Shown piece by piece: positions 36,829 to 46,655 of a stretch of 64,000 bases of DNA (position 1 is the first letter of the stretch; each line of letters begins with the position of its first letter). Made by a program: the position numbers and the translations under genes. The notes beneath the pieces are model-generated. The model was given only the letters and a program-made list of their open reading frames with translations. It had not been told where the DNA came from and made no database searches. The DNA is from a virus, in IMG/VR virus record IMGVR_UViG_3300037461_001787, positions 45,278-109,277 of that record; one strand, written 5' to 3'.

Positions 36829-39369
36829 GTGGTTTTGTTGCGCGTCCAGAATTCCCGCACGGAAATTTATCAGGCTGATCCATTTTTACTGCACATCCTA
36901 GACACGGAATTTCGATATCCGACTTCTACGGCGCATCTGATTGCCCGGGCGGGGCCAGAGGCTGTTGAGCAGTCCGGGGGATGGGATGGCTGGATCCGTC
37001 TACTTCGCCAGCCGCGGTCTAGTGCTCCTTGGGTGCCAAGTGGGCTTCTCGATCGCGTGATCTATTTTGCGCAAAAATTTGGGTATCCAGTGCGCGTCGA
37101 GGATCAACGCCAGCGCCCAGAAGGGGATGTGCCAGATCCGGTGCGCATTCCGTTGCGGCATTATCAGCTCGAAGCGGTGGAACGCGCGGTGGAGCGTGGG
37201 ATGGGCGTACTTGATTTACCTCCGCGTTGTCATGCTTTAGGGGAATTGGTGCTTATGGCTAATGGGGAATGCAAGCCGGCGGAGCAAATCTGCGTAGGGG
37301 ATCGGCTGTTGGGCCCGGATGGGCGTTCTCGGGTAGTTTTGGAAGTGCATCAAGGAGAAGGGCAACTGTACCGTGTCACTCCGTTTTGGAGTCAGGAGTC
37401 TTTTGTGGTCAACGGGCACCACGAACTAGTTTTGCGCAAGCATTGTGATCGGGGAAAGCAGAAGCATAAACTGAGATGGCATTGGGAAGATCGGGTTGTC
37501 GCAGTTCAAGATTTCGTCAATTGGCCGCATAATTCCCGCAGGAAAAGTTATTTGATTTACCCTCAGACGGTGGAATTCCCGGAAGGATTTTCGGGAATTC
37601 ATCGAATAGATCCCTATGTGCTTGGGGTTTTGTTGGGAGATGGGTATTTTAGAAAGACTGGTGTTTGCGTGTCTACTAGTTCAGTATTGTTACAGCGCAA
37701 ATTGGTAGCTGAAGGACTGCGGTTAGGGTGTGAGCGCTGTCGAGTTGTGCCAAGCAGGACGCGGGTTCCTACGGTTGTTTTTTCTAGAATGCGCGGAAGT
37801 TGTCAGCGGCGAGGGGAAAGAAACCCCCTCATGTTGGAAGTAGAACGGTTGGGGTTGGTAGGGTGTAGGGCTGGAAACAAATTTATTCCGTGGGAGTATA
37901 AAACCGGCTCGGTGCCATCGCGGTTGGCGTTGTTGGCTGGGCTGATGGATACTGATGGGCATTGCACGGGCACTAGTTTTGACTATGTGAGCAAGAGTTT
38001 TCAGTTGGTGCAGGATGTCATGTTTGTGGCGCGCAGTTTGGGTTTTTGCGCTAGTCCAGGTAAGCCGCGGGTGGTCAAGGGGGTGCAGTATTACCGATGC
38101 GCGATTCTGGGAGATATCGCGAGAATCCCGACCATCCGTCGCATTAGCCATCATGTGCCAAAAAATAGGGATTTCAGAAACGGGAGTTTTTCAGTAGAAG
38201 CGATAGGTGTTGGGGAATTTGTTGGGTTCACGGTGAATGCGGATAATCTGTATCTGCATCGTGATTTTGCGGTATTGAAAAATAGCGGGAAGACTCGGGT
38301 TGCTTGCGAAGTCACCCGCAGACTCGCGCTGCCGACCATCTGGATCGCTCCTACCGATCGCATCGTGGCACAGACGCAAGAGGTGCTGGAGGGATTTTTT
38401 GGCAAGCATTACTCAGCGCATTTGATCGGATCGGCTGGAGCGTTGGCGGCGTCCAGAAAAAGGATAGTGCTGGCCACCGCTGCTACTGCGTCGCATTTGC
38501 CCGCCGAGTTCTATGCTTCCAGAAAAGTGATAGTGGTCGATGAGTGGCATCATGGTGGGGCGGCGAGCTACCGTAAGATTTTTAATATGTGCGATCACAT
38601 CTATCATCGCTACGGGATGACTGGGACCTATTTTCGCTCGGGCGATGACGATATGGCCATGCACGCGCTGATTTCTGGGACCATCCACCGCGCGACCTCC
38701 CAGGACATGCTGCGGTTGGGGCATCTGGTGCCGGTGCGGGCGGTATTTTTGCCTGTCGATGCGGGCCGGATTTCAGCTCGCTCAGCGAGCTTTTTTTCCG
38801 ATCATGGGAAGCACGGCATTCATGAGCATTCACTACGCAATCAATGGGCGGCGTATGCCGCGCAGGCGCTTTATGCGGTGGGGCGAAAGGTACTGATTCT
38901 GGTCGGGACCAAGGCTCAGGGCAACATTCTCCGCGATATGTTGCTTCCTGCGCTACCTGCTGCGCCACAGGCGGCGGAGTTTGCTGCGGCGGAGTTTGTC
39001 TCGACGGCTTGTAGGCGGGATCGGCAAGGGCGAATTTTGAAGTCGTTTGTAGCGGGGGAGGAAGTGAAAATTCTCATCGGGACTTCGATTCTCGGGGAGG
39101 GGGTTGATCTGCCCGCCGTGGACGCTTTGGTTTACGCGAAGGGTGAGAAAGCCGAGGTATCGCTGACCCAGGCGATCTACCGTGTTTGCACGGCCATTGA
39201 GGGAAAGCGCGAAGCGGTGCTGGTAGATTTCGCAGATAGGCATCATCGAAAATTATTGGCGCATGCGCAGGAAAGATTGCGTATTTATTATGAAGAGCCG
39301 ATTTTTCGAGTCGAAGTAGTCAAGGATACGCAGGCCTTTGTCGCGTGGTTGGCGAATTTGGCTAGGTAG
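36829..39369 (+). CDS. SF2 DExH helicase (UvsW / ResIII-like) containing an intein
   Basis: LRHYQLEAV; Walker A LPPR//SGKT split by intein; DEWHH; GMTGT; EGVDLP. Confidence 0.9.
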   Translation: MVLLRVQNSRTEIYQADPFLLHILDTEFRYPTSTAHLIARAGPEAVEQSGGWDGWIRLLRQPRSSAPWVPSGLLDRVIYFAQKFGYPVRVEDQRQRPEGDVPDPVRIPLRHYQLEAVERAVERGMGVLDLPPRCHALGELVLMANGECKPAEQICVGDRLLGPDGRSRVVLEVHQGEGQLYRVTPFWSQESFVVNGHHELVLRKHCDRGKQKHKLRWHWEDRVVAVQDFVNWPHNSRRKSYLIYPQTVEFPEGFSGIHRIDPYVLGVLLGDGYFRKTGVCVSTSSVLLQRKLVAEGLRLGCERCRVVPSRTRVPTVVFSRMRGSCQRRGERNPLMLEVERLGLVGCRAGNKFIPWEYKTGSVPSRLALLAGLMDTDGHCTGTSFDYVSKSFQLVQDVMFVARSLGFCASPGKPRVVKGVQYYRCAILGDIARIPTIRRISHHVPKNRDFRNGSFSVEAIGVGEFVGFTVNADNLYLHRDFAVLKNSGKTRVACEVTRRLALPTIWIAPTDRIVAQTQEVLEGFFGKHYSAHLIGSAGALAASRKRIVLATAATASHLPAEFYASRKVIVVDEWHHGGAASYRKIFNMCDHIYHRYGMTGTYFRSGDDDMAMHALISGTIHRATSQDMLRLGHLVPVRAVFLPVDAGRISARSASFFSDHGKHGIHEHSLRNQWAAYAAQALYAVGRKVLILVGTKAQGNILRDMLLPALPAAPQAAEFAAAEFVSTACRRDRQGRILKSFVAGEEVKILIGTSILGEGVDLPAVDALVYAKGEKAEVSLTQAIYRVCTAIEGKREAVLVDFADRHHRKLLAHAQERLRIYYEEPIFRVEVVKDTQAFVAWLANLAR
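37228..38283 (+). mobile_element. Intein with LAGLIDADG homing endonuclease in helicase Walker A
   Basis: Starts CHALGELV; LGVLLGDG and LAGLMDTDG blocks; ends AVLKN|S. Confidence 0.92.
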
Positions 39370-39527
39370 ATTTCCGGTCTCTTTTTTTGGCTGGCGACTT
39401 AAATCTGATGCCGGGAACGTGAAGCATGTGGTATCGTGGCGGCGAACTTCCACGAGTAGCGCTGACCACGCACCAGGGCTCCGAGTTACCCGCTCGGAGC
39501 CCATTTTATTTTCTGGAAGGAGACGCC

Positions 39528-39944
39528 ATGCAGCAGGTGTTGTTGCTCGAAGCAGAGGGCTTGAGTGAGCAGGAGAAATTGGAGCGTTTGGGCCGAGTGG
39601 CGATCAGCGATCCGGCGCATTTAAAAGCTTGGCTGCGCGACACAAATCGGCGCTGGCTCATTTTTGATGCGTTAGATCTGGTAGATTCTTTGCCTTTTCC
39701 AAGTGGGGTTGACAGTCTGGTGCAGCTGATCGCATGCTACAGGGACCACCGCAGAGCGATCCCCACCGGTCGTGTAGAGGTGCAGACCGATCCGGTAACC
39801 GGCGCCGCAGTCGAGGTGCCTGTATGCAAAGGAGACGCGCTGGAAGTGAGTGAGCTGGATCAGGTGATCCGCTACCTGGTTACGCTCATTCATGAGCGGG
39901 ATCCTGCCTGGCCGTTGGGTTGGGATGCGAGCGGTAAAATATAA
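39528..39944 (+). CDS. Hypothetical protein
   Basis: AAGGAG before ATG 39528 (longer GTG start at 39426 possible). Confidence 0.6.
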   Translation: MQQVLLLEAEGLSEQEKLERLGRVAISDPAHLKAWLRDTNRRWLIFDALDLVDSLPFPSGVDSLVQLIACYRDHRRAIPTGRVEVQTDPVTGAAVEVPVCKGDALEVSELDQVIRYLVTLIHERDPAWPLGWDASGKI

Positions 39945-39968
39945 ACCAGGTAGACGTGGAGAGCGAGC

Positions 39969-40607
39969 ATGTCAGGCCTGATCGAACAGCTGTTTGGGGA
40001 TTACTGTTTCTATCGTCGGCAGACCGCCAACATTCGTGCCTTGAAAAACAAGGGGGCGCGAATCAGCGATCCAGAATTGAACGCAGAGCGCGCAGAAGTA
40101 TTTGGGGCGCTGGTGGTATTTTGCAAGCAGCATGCAGTCCCGCCGCGCCAGTGGCTCTATTATATTTTTGCGCGCCGGAGGTGGCTTTATTCCCCTCGCT
40201 GTGATCGGGCCAATTTGCTCTGCGAGCGGGCGCTCGCGGGATATCGTAGTTGGCCGGATTTTTCTGGATTCCAGAAAAGGATAGCGGCTACCGAGGCCCA
40301 AAGAGAGGCCATTTACCTCGATCATGTGTACGATCCAAATCGGGACTTGAATCATTCTGTGGAGCTGCTAAAAGGGGCGTTGGTGGCTCGCGGGCAGGTT
40401 GACCGGTGCCTCGTGGGGATGCACTCCCAGACGTTTGGCTATCACCCGCGAAGCCACATTTGTCAGCGTTGTATGGTGCGTTTTGTTTGCGCGGAGCAGT
40501 TGCGGGGGGCTGTCAATTTCGACATTCTGGCATTGCGCCGGGGCGAGATAACTTCCGCCCAGGCGCAAGCGAATGCGCTGGCGGGGGTCAATCGGTATGC
40601 CCGTTGA
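39969..40607 (+). CDS. Hypothetical protein with C-terminal Cys cluster, upstream of DnaB
   Basis: GGAG RBS; C...FGYHPRSHICQRCMVRFVC. Confidence 0.7.
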   Translation: MSGLIEQLFGDYCFYRRQTANIRALKNKGARISDPELNAERAEVFGALVVFCKQHAVPPRQWLYYIFARRRWLYSPRCDRANLLCERALAGYRSWPDFSGFQKRIAATEAQREAIYLDHVYDPNRDLNHSVELLKGALVARGQVDRCLVGMHSQTFGYHPRSHICQRCMVRFVCAEQLRGAVNFDILALRRGEITSAQAQANALAGVNRYAR

Positions 40608-42054
40608 GCGGACCCCGGTACCGGCTTCGGCTGCACCTGCGGCTGGAGATAGATTTCCATTTGGAGTTGAGTATCAAGCGTCATTGCTCAAGTTGCTTGC
40701 GCAGGATGGTTCTTTTGCGTCAGCTGTTATGCCGCATTTGAAGCCGGGGTTTTTCGAGAACGAGGTTTACGGCTGGGCCTTCGCTCGCATGCAGGAGTAC
40801 CGCGAGAAGTACGACAGTGTTCCTTCCTTGCGGATCGTCTGCGAGCAGACGCGCGCGCTCGATGCCCGCGCGCGTGAGTTTTTTCGGCTGACTTTGGAGC
40901 GCGTGCTGGAGGCCGATCTTTCTGCTGAGAGTTGGTTGCGTGATACGGTCATTGATTTTGTCAAACGCCATCTATTCGTGTCTGCTTTTCATGAGTCCCG
41001 CGCTTTTTTCAATACCGGAAATGTCGCTCAGAGCTATGAGGTGATGTACCGGGCCATGGATCGCATCTTTCATACCCAATGGGAGACGGCCGATCGGTGT
41101 TTTTTCTTTGAGGAGTTGTCTCGGCGCATGGCCTACCGGATGGGTACAGATGTGCACGCGGATGCGATGCCTTCGGGTATCCCTGAGTTGGATCATGTGC
41201 TCTCTGGCGGGCTGAAAAAAGGCGAGATGGGTGTTTGGGTCGCTTACCCCAAACGGGGGAAATCGACCATGCTGGTCAATCTGGGCGCGCAGGGTGTTCG
41301 GCGGGCAGATATGCGCGTGCTGCATTATGTTTTGGAGGGTTCCAGAAAAATGGTGGAGAACCGCTATGACGCGGTTTTCGCCCAGGAAGAATATTGGCGG
41401 ATCAAAGATGGATCGCTTTCTACTGAGGCGTGGCAGCGCTTGCAGTATGAGTATCAGGCATATCGGTCGAAGCTGGTTATTCGCGGGCTCACTGAGCGCT
41501 GGACGTATTCGGTGGCGGATTTGCAAGAGGAGATTCGCGAGCTGAAGCAGCGTTACAATTGGGTGCCGGATGCACTGGTCGTCGATTACGGGGACTTGCT
41601 CCGTGCGCGGGAAGAGCATCTGCGCACTGAGACTGAGGTGCAAAGAGCAGCTTTTCGCGATCTGAAGACATTGGCCAATCGTGGCTACGTGTTGTGGACT
41701 GCCTCTCAAGCGCAGCGGCCAAAAGATGATATCGATGTGTCCACTGAGATTCTGCAAGCGCGGCGAGTCGCTGATTGTTACGACAAGGTGCGGGTGGCTG
41801 ATTTTTTGGGGTCGATCAATCAGACGCAAGAGGAACGCGAAGCTCGCCAGGCGCGATTGTACGCAGAACTTTATCGGGACAATGCTGCCGGGCAGCTGAT
41901 TTTGGTTTACGCGGATTTCCAGAAAATGACGATCGCTTCTGCTTCGGCGTTCGGGAATGTAACGCCGGTGGGAGCGGTAGCGGGGGTGGGGCCGGTAGTT
42001 CCGTTGGGCTACGTGAAACCTATAACTCCGATCCAAATGAGGGCGCCAATATGA
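40597..42054 (+). CDS. dnaB: DnaB-like (SF4) replicative helicase
   Basis: SGIPELD..LSGGL; AYPKRGKST; VVDYGDLL; WTASQ. Confidence 0.9.
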   Translation: MPVERTPVPASAAPAAGDRFPFGVEYQASLLKLLAQDGSFASAVMPHLKPGFFENEVYGWAFARMQEYREKYDSVPSLRIVCEQTRALDARAREFFRLTLERVLEADLSAESWLRDTVIDFVKRHLFVSAFHESRAFFNTGNVAQSYEVMYRAMDRIFHTQWETADRCFFFEELSRRMAYRMGTDVHADAMPSGIPELDHVLSGGLKKGEMGVWVAYPKRGKSTMLVNLGAQGVRRADMRVLHYVLEGSRKMVENRYDAVFAQEEYWRIKDGSLSTEAWQRLQYEYQAYRSKLVIRGLTERWTYSVADLQEEIRELKQRYNWVPDALVVDYGDLLRAREEHLRTETEVQRAAFRDLKTLANRGYVLWTASQAQRPKDDIDVSTEILQARRVADCYDKVRVADFLGSINQTQEEREARQARLYAELYRDNAAGQLILVYADFQKMTIASASAFGNVTPVGAVAGVGPVVPLGYVKPITPIQMRAPI

Positions 42055-43064
42055 GCTGGTCCGCGATCGATCGTTTTGACGTGTCAGGTTATCTGCAAAA
42101 GTTTTCTCCCAGGCGGGTGCAGGCGGATGAGGTGGTGCTGCGATGCCCGAAATGCGGAAAAGACAAATTGACGGTCAATGTTCAACGTAGGACCTGGCAT
42201 TGCTGGGTTTGCGAAGAGTTTACGATCGATTACCAGACTGGCCAGCGCCGGGCGGTGAGCGGGGCAGGCGGGTTGCTCGCGCTCATCTCCATGCTGGAAG
42301 GGATAGGGAGGGAGCAGGCTGCGGAATGGGTGCGGAATCGGAGTGGGCTGCTTGGCGAAGAGGCCTGGATGCGCGGCGGGCAGATGGAGCAGCGGCCTGA
42401 GTCGTTTGAGCTACCTACGCTGCCGATGATCCTCCCGCCGGAAGGCGCTGCCCCAATACACGGCACCTTGCCGTATTTAGAAAAACGCGGTATACTGGAA
42501 GATGATGTGCGGCTCTTTGGTTTGTTCTGGTGTTCGAGCGGGCGCTACGCCAACCGGGTGGTGTTCCCCGTCTATGAGACCGGGCGCATGGTCTACTACC
42601 AGGCTCGGGCGATGTGGGATCCGTTCCCAGGAGAGCGGTTCCAGAAAGCACTCAATCCGCCGGCGGCTCCGGGGGCAGCGACAGCGGGTGAGGTGTTGAT
42701 GAATCTGGACGTGGCCAAGAATTTCCCGCGGGTGGCGATCGTGGAGGGTCCGGTGGATTGCATTCACGCGGGGCCCAGTGCGGTGGCCACCTTTGGGAAG
42801 AAGATCACTTTGGTCCAGATGCTCAAGCTCCGGCAGGCCGGGGTGCGGGCAGTGGACCTGATGTGGGATGGGCCAAGCGCCAGCGAGCCGGAGGGCGCAT
42901 GGCCGGAGATGGTAGCCACCGCTCCAAAGCTTGCGGGGCTCTTTGATGTTCGATTGGTGCGGCTGCCGCAGGGGGACCCTGGGGAGTACAGTCGTGGAGC
43001 GCTGGAGGCCTTCCGGTTCCAGGCCCGGCCGGTGGGAGCGGTATCCAGGTTGGAGTCGTTGTAG
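42051..43064 (+). CDS. dnaG: DNA primase (zinc finger + TOPRIM)
   Basis: CPKC...HCWVC; YLEKRGI; RVVFP; VEGPVD; MWDG; DPGE. Confidence 0.88.
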   Translation: MSWSAIDRFDVSGYLQKFSPRRVQADEVVLRCPKCGKDKLTVNVQRRTWHCWVCEEFTIDYQTGQRRAVSGAGGLLALISMLEGIGREQAAEWVRNRSGLLGEEAWMRGGQMEQRPESFELPTLPMILPPEGAAPIHGTLPYLEKRGILEDDVRLFGLFWCSSGRYANRVVFPVYETGRMVYYQARAMWDPFPGERFQKALNPPAAPGAATAGEVLMNLDVAKNFPRVAIVEGPVDCIHAGPSAVATFGKKITLVQMLKLRQAGVRAVDLMWDGPSASEPEGAWPEMVATAPKLAGLFDVRLVRLPQGDPGEYSRGALEAFRFQARPVGAVSRLESL

Positions 43065-43084
43065 GCGTGAAAGGAGAGCGAGCA

Positions 43085-43342
43085 ATGACCAAGAAAAGTT
43101 TGTTGGGGGCCCAGGAGGATCGGATCAAAACTGACCTCCGGCTGCCTCCGGAGTTGCTGGATCAGGTTGAGCAGATCACCACGGCGTTGCAGATACCCAA
43201 AAACGCTTTTTTCGTCTTGGCGGCGTCGTTGCTGGTGTTGCAGTTATCGCCTTTGGTGCGGGTCAAGCAGCGCAAGGCGCTGGTAATGGCGGTTCAGGAT
43301 CTTTTCCAGAAAGTGCTGGGAGAGATTGCAAAGACCTTATAA
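43085..43342 (+). CDS. Ribbon-helix-helix (Arc/CopG-like) DNA-binding protein
   Basis: RIKTDLRLPPELLDQVEQITTALQIPKNAFFVLA. Confidence 0.65.
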   Translation: MTKKSLLGAQEDRIKTDLRLPPELLDQVEQITTALQIPKNAFFVLAASLLVLQLSPLVRVKQRKALVMAVQDLFQKVLGEIAKTL

Positions 43343-43395
43343 TCATGGGTTAGAAGTTGCCCTTCCAGATTTTGCGTCAATTACATTTTCTACTG

Positions 43396-43424
43396 TTGAC
43401 ATTTCCGGCGTAGAGCCGTATTCC
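43396..43424 (+). promoter_or_regulatory. Putative sigma70 promoter upstream of AAA ATPase
   Basis: TTGACA-17 bp-TATTCC in the intergenic gap. Confidence 0.5.
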
Positions 43425-43445
43425 AGATATGGGTGTGTGGGAAAA

Positions 43446-44360
43446 ATGATGCAAGTGATCAAGCATGAGATCCCGGGAACGGGCATTTACCTCGATCGAG
43501 TCGAGGGTTTTGTTCATCCGCTTATCCCAGAAGGCATAGGTGAATATTGCTTTCGCCGTGATCTGGTGGAGGAGATTGCGTATTGCCTGGAGACGGCTAC
43601 GCACTGCCTCTTAGTTGGAGATGCGGGGACGGGGAAGAGTTCGATCGTTGAGCAGCTCGCCTTTCAGCTCAATCGGCCGCTGCGGCGGCTGAACCTTCAT
43701 GGTGAGTCGGATACCACGGTGCTGCTCGGGCGCGACTATCCTTCGATCGCTGAGGATGGCACTAGGATTTTGCAGTTTCGCCGGGGACCGCTGCCCGAGG
43801 CGGTGGCTCTCGGGCACTGGATTTTGCTCGATGAGATCGACGCGGCGCTGCAACCGGTTCTCTTTTGCCTGCAACAGTTGCTCGAAGAGGGCGGGAAGAT
43901 CGTGCTGGAGGACGTGGAGGGCACGGTGATCCGCCCGCATCCGGCTTTTCGGTTTTTTGCGACCGCCAATTCGGTTGGGATCGCTAGCCGGCATAAATTG
44001 TTGTACACCGGGACGATGGCGCGGATGAATGAGGCTACTTTGGATCGGTTTGGTGTGGTGGTGCACGTTGAGTCGATGTCGGCGGCGTTGGAGCAAGAGG
44101 TTATTCGCAAACGGGTGCCTGCTTTGGATGCGGATTTCATCGAGGCTATTGTGCGCATTGCTGGAGAGGCGCGAAAAGATTTGACCAACGACAAGATCGC
44201 CTGCACGTTTTCCACGCGAAGGTGTTTGCAGTGGGCGCGGGCGATGACCCGCTTTCATCCGTTGCGCGCGGCCAAACTGACCGTTTTGAACAAATTGGCG
44301 GAGGATGACTACCGGGTGCTGGAGGGGGTTGTGCAGCGCTATTTTGGAAAGGAAAAATGA
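43446..44360 (+). CDS. CobS / MoxR-family AAA+ ATPase
   Basis: GDAGTGKSS; LLDEID; FRFFATANS; MNEATLDRF; FSTR. Confidence 0.88.
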   Translation: MMQVIKHEIPGTGIYLDRVEGFVHPLIPEGIGEYCFRRDLVEEIAYCLETATHCLLVGDAGTGKSSIVEQLAFQLNRPLRRLNLHGESDTTVLLGRDYPSIAEDGTRILQFRRGPLPEAVALGHWILLDEIDAALQPVLFCLQQLLEEGGKIVLEDVEGTVIRPHPAFRFFATANSVGIASRHKLLYTGTMARMNEATLDRFGVVVHVESMSAALEQEVIRKRVPALDADFIEAIVRIAGEARKDLTNDKIACTFSTRRCLQWARAMTRFHPLRAAKLTVLNKLAEDDYRVLEGVVQRYFGKEK

Positions 44361-44361
44361 C

Positions 44362-44913
44362 GTGGACGATACTGTGTATCGATTGGAATATTATTCGGTG
44401 GTAGTGGAGGAGGATTCGAAAACTCCAGTGTTTGTTACGCTGGGTGATACTGTGGACGAAATCAAGGAATGGGCAACGCTTCAGATGACTGCGATGTTGG
44501 CTACGGCAATGGAGGAAAAGGTGATTTTGCCGTTCGACGCATCCAAGATGCAGTTGTGGCCGCGGGCAAAGTTTCGTCGGGAGATTGGGCAGCTTGATTT
44601 GCATACTGCGGAGTACGCTGAATGGTACGGCCGTTCGATAGTGGCGTATTTGACATTTCGGGTGGGCAAAGAGGTCGAGTGGCTCAGCGCAGCGCTGCGT
44701 GCTGGGGAGCACAAAGAAGCTACAAAATTTGGGGATTCGCTGCGAAAGAGTTGGTTTCATCTGTTCGCCGCGTTGGAATCCTGTGATGTGCGGCCGGTTA
44801 TTATCGAGCATGAGCCGGATGCGCGGTGTGCTTCTTGCTCTGAAGTGCATGATTGCTCCAAGGGGTTGGAGTATATGTTGCACCTGGATCCGGCAAAGAA
44901 AATTCTGAACTGA
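44362..44913 (+). CDS. Hypothetical protein
   Basis: GTG after AAGGA; fills gap between the AAA and vWA genes; CASC near the C-terminus. Confidence 0.6.
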   Translation: MDDTVYRLEYYSVVVEEDSKTPVFVTLGDTVDEIKEWATLQMTAMLATAMEEKVILPFDASKMQLWPRAKFRREIGQLDLHTAEYAEWYGRSIVAYLTFRVGKEVEWLSAALRAGEHKEATKFGDSLRKSWFHLFAALESCDVRPVIIEHEPDARCASCSEVHDCSKGLEYMLHLDPAKKILN

Positions 44914-46655
44914 TGCCCTTGTCGTTTACAGAAGCTGCTTTGGAATCCCGGAGTGAACGCATCGCGCGGATGATGACCCGCCAGTACGGGGTGCGGGTGC
45001 GCATTGAGGGTTCGCTTGCTTATGTGGATTCTTGCACGCTGGAAATTGTGTTGCCCAATTTTAGTGATGCGCATTTAGGAGCATTGGGCAAGGCTTTTGA
45101 CGGATTTTTAGACCATGAATGCGCGCATCTCCTGTTCACAAAGTTTGACTGCGTGGCAGCGTTGCGCGAGCCCACACGCGGAATCTGGAATGCGTTGGAA
45201 GATGCTTGGATCGAGCGGCGCATGTCGCAGGAGTATCCCGGGTGCGGGGAAAATCTAGGCGTGTTGGATCAATTGATTGGCGAGAAGGTGCGGGAGGAAT
45301 GGGAAATGGTGCCCCATGGGGCACGTTTTTTGCACATGGTTGGTTGTTATGCGCGAAAAGGGCGCTGCCCAAAAGAGTTGGAATTGGATGCTGTGGTCCA
45401 GAAATGGGTGGAGGCGGCGCGGGCAGAGCTAGAGCGGGCTTCCAGGATCGCTTCGACGGCCGAGGCCGCAAAATTGGCCGAGGCTATTGTCGCGGCGATA
45501 TGCTGGAAGGCGCTTGCGCCTCCTCCATCAGCTGTTGGGGGGATGGAGGGGATGCCTCTGTCGCTGATGGGGGAAGGGGAGATGGATGCTTTGATGGATT
45601 TGGCTACGGGTACGGGCCCGCGATGCGATGCTGAGTGGCTGGTCAATTCTATCGGAGAGCGGGTAGCGGCAGAGAGCGCAATCGGGGAGAAAGGGAGTGG
45701 GCCAGCGGAGTACAACGTGTTTTCTACTGCTTACGATTTTGATCGGGTTTTTGATAGGGAGGAGCGGCTCGAATGGAGCGCGGAATATCGAGCGCTACGT
45801 GAGAAGGTCGCGGACTATATCGGCACCATGGCAGCGAGCTTAGAGCTGGCTCTGGCCTCCCAGTCTCAGGTGCGTTGGATTGGGGGACAGCGCCGGGGGC
45901 GGCGATGGGATCGGCGGGCGTTACCGCGTTGGTTTTTGGGGGGAGACGATGATCGTGTTTTTGCCGTAAAAGAGCAGGGGACGGCGCTCGATACGGCGGT
46001 CACGTTGCTGTGGGATTGTTCGGGGTCAATGGGCTCTGTCCGGCACGTCACTTCAAAGTCTGTGTTAGCGCGTTTGGCGGCTGTGGCATTTCACGAGGCG
46101 TTGTTGAAGGCGGGAGTGCCGCATGAGGTGCTTGGCTTCAATACCTCTGCCAGTCCACCGGCAGAGTTGGTGGACCGGGTGCGTCGAGTGATTGCTGCGG
46201 GGGGGAATGTTTCTGCGTACAGTAGGCTCGATGAGATCGATAATCGGATGGTGCTTGTACCTTTTTCTGGAACGGATGGGCGCGCAATTTGTGCGATTGA
46301 TGGGCATGGCGCCAATCGGGATGGAGAGTGTGTGCTTTGGGCTGCGCGGCGTCTTGCTGCGCGCCCGGAGAGTCGGCGGATTCTCATCGTGGGTTCGGAT
46401 GGCCTACCCCAAGGGGCGATTTACAACGATACCGAATGCCGCTATCTCAAGCAGGTGGTGGAACGGATTTCGGCTGCGGGGATTGAGACGATTGGTATTG
46501 GGATTCAGAGCAAAGCTGTGAAGGAATTTTATCCCCGTTCGGTGGTGCTGCGGGATATTTCAGCGTTGCCGGGCGTGATTATGCGAGAGTTAGTCACCCT
46601 TTTGACAAGTGAGGCACATCGTGGAAGTGCAAAAGGAGCAGGTGGAGTATCTTGA
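44913..46655 (+). CDS. CobT-like protein: HExxH zincin-like N-domain + vWA (MIDAS) domain
   Basis: DHECAH...WNALEDAWIE; WDCSGSM; SDGLP; TIGIGI. Confidence 0.85.
   Translation: MPLSFTEAALESRSERIARMMTRQYGVRVRIEGSLAYVDSCTLEIVLPNFSDAHLGALGKAFDGFLDHECAHLLFTKFDCVAALREPTRGIWNALEDAWIERRMSQEYPGCGENLGVLDQLIGEKVREEWEMVPHGARFLHMVGCYARKGRCPKELELDAVVQKWVEAARAELERASRIASTAEAAKLAEAIVAAICWKALAPPPSAVGGMEGMPLSLMGEGEMDALMDLATGTGPRCDAEWLVNSIGERVAAESAIGEKGSGPAEYNVFSTAYDFDRVFDREERLEWSAEYRALREKVADYIGTMAASLELALASQSQVRWIGGQRRGRRWDRRALPRWFLGGDDDRVFAVKEQGTALDTAVTLLWDCSGSMGSVRHVTSKSVLARLAAVAFHEALLKAGVPHEVLGFNTSASPPAELVDRVRRVIAAGGNVSAYSRLDEIDNRMVLVPFSGTDGRAICAIDGHGANRDGECVLWAARRLAARPESRRILIVGSDGLPQGAIYNDTECRYLKQVVERISAAGIETIGIGIQSKAVKEFYPRSVVLRDISALPGVIMRELVTLLTSEAHRGSAKGAGGVS

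Noticed and set aside
43446-46655. Cobalamin biosynthesis (true cobS/cobT) as an auxiliary metabolic pathway
   Set aside because: No cobN or other cob genes are present; phage CobS/CobT-like pairs are better treated as generic AAA-vWA chaperones.
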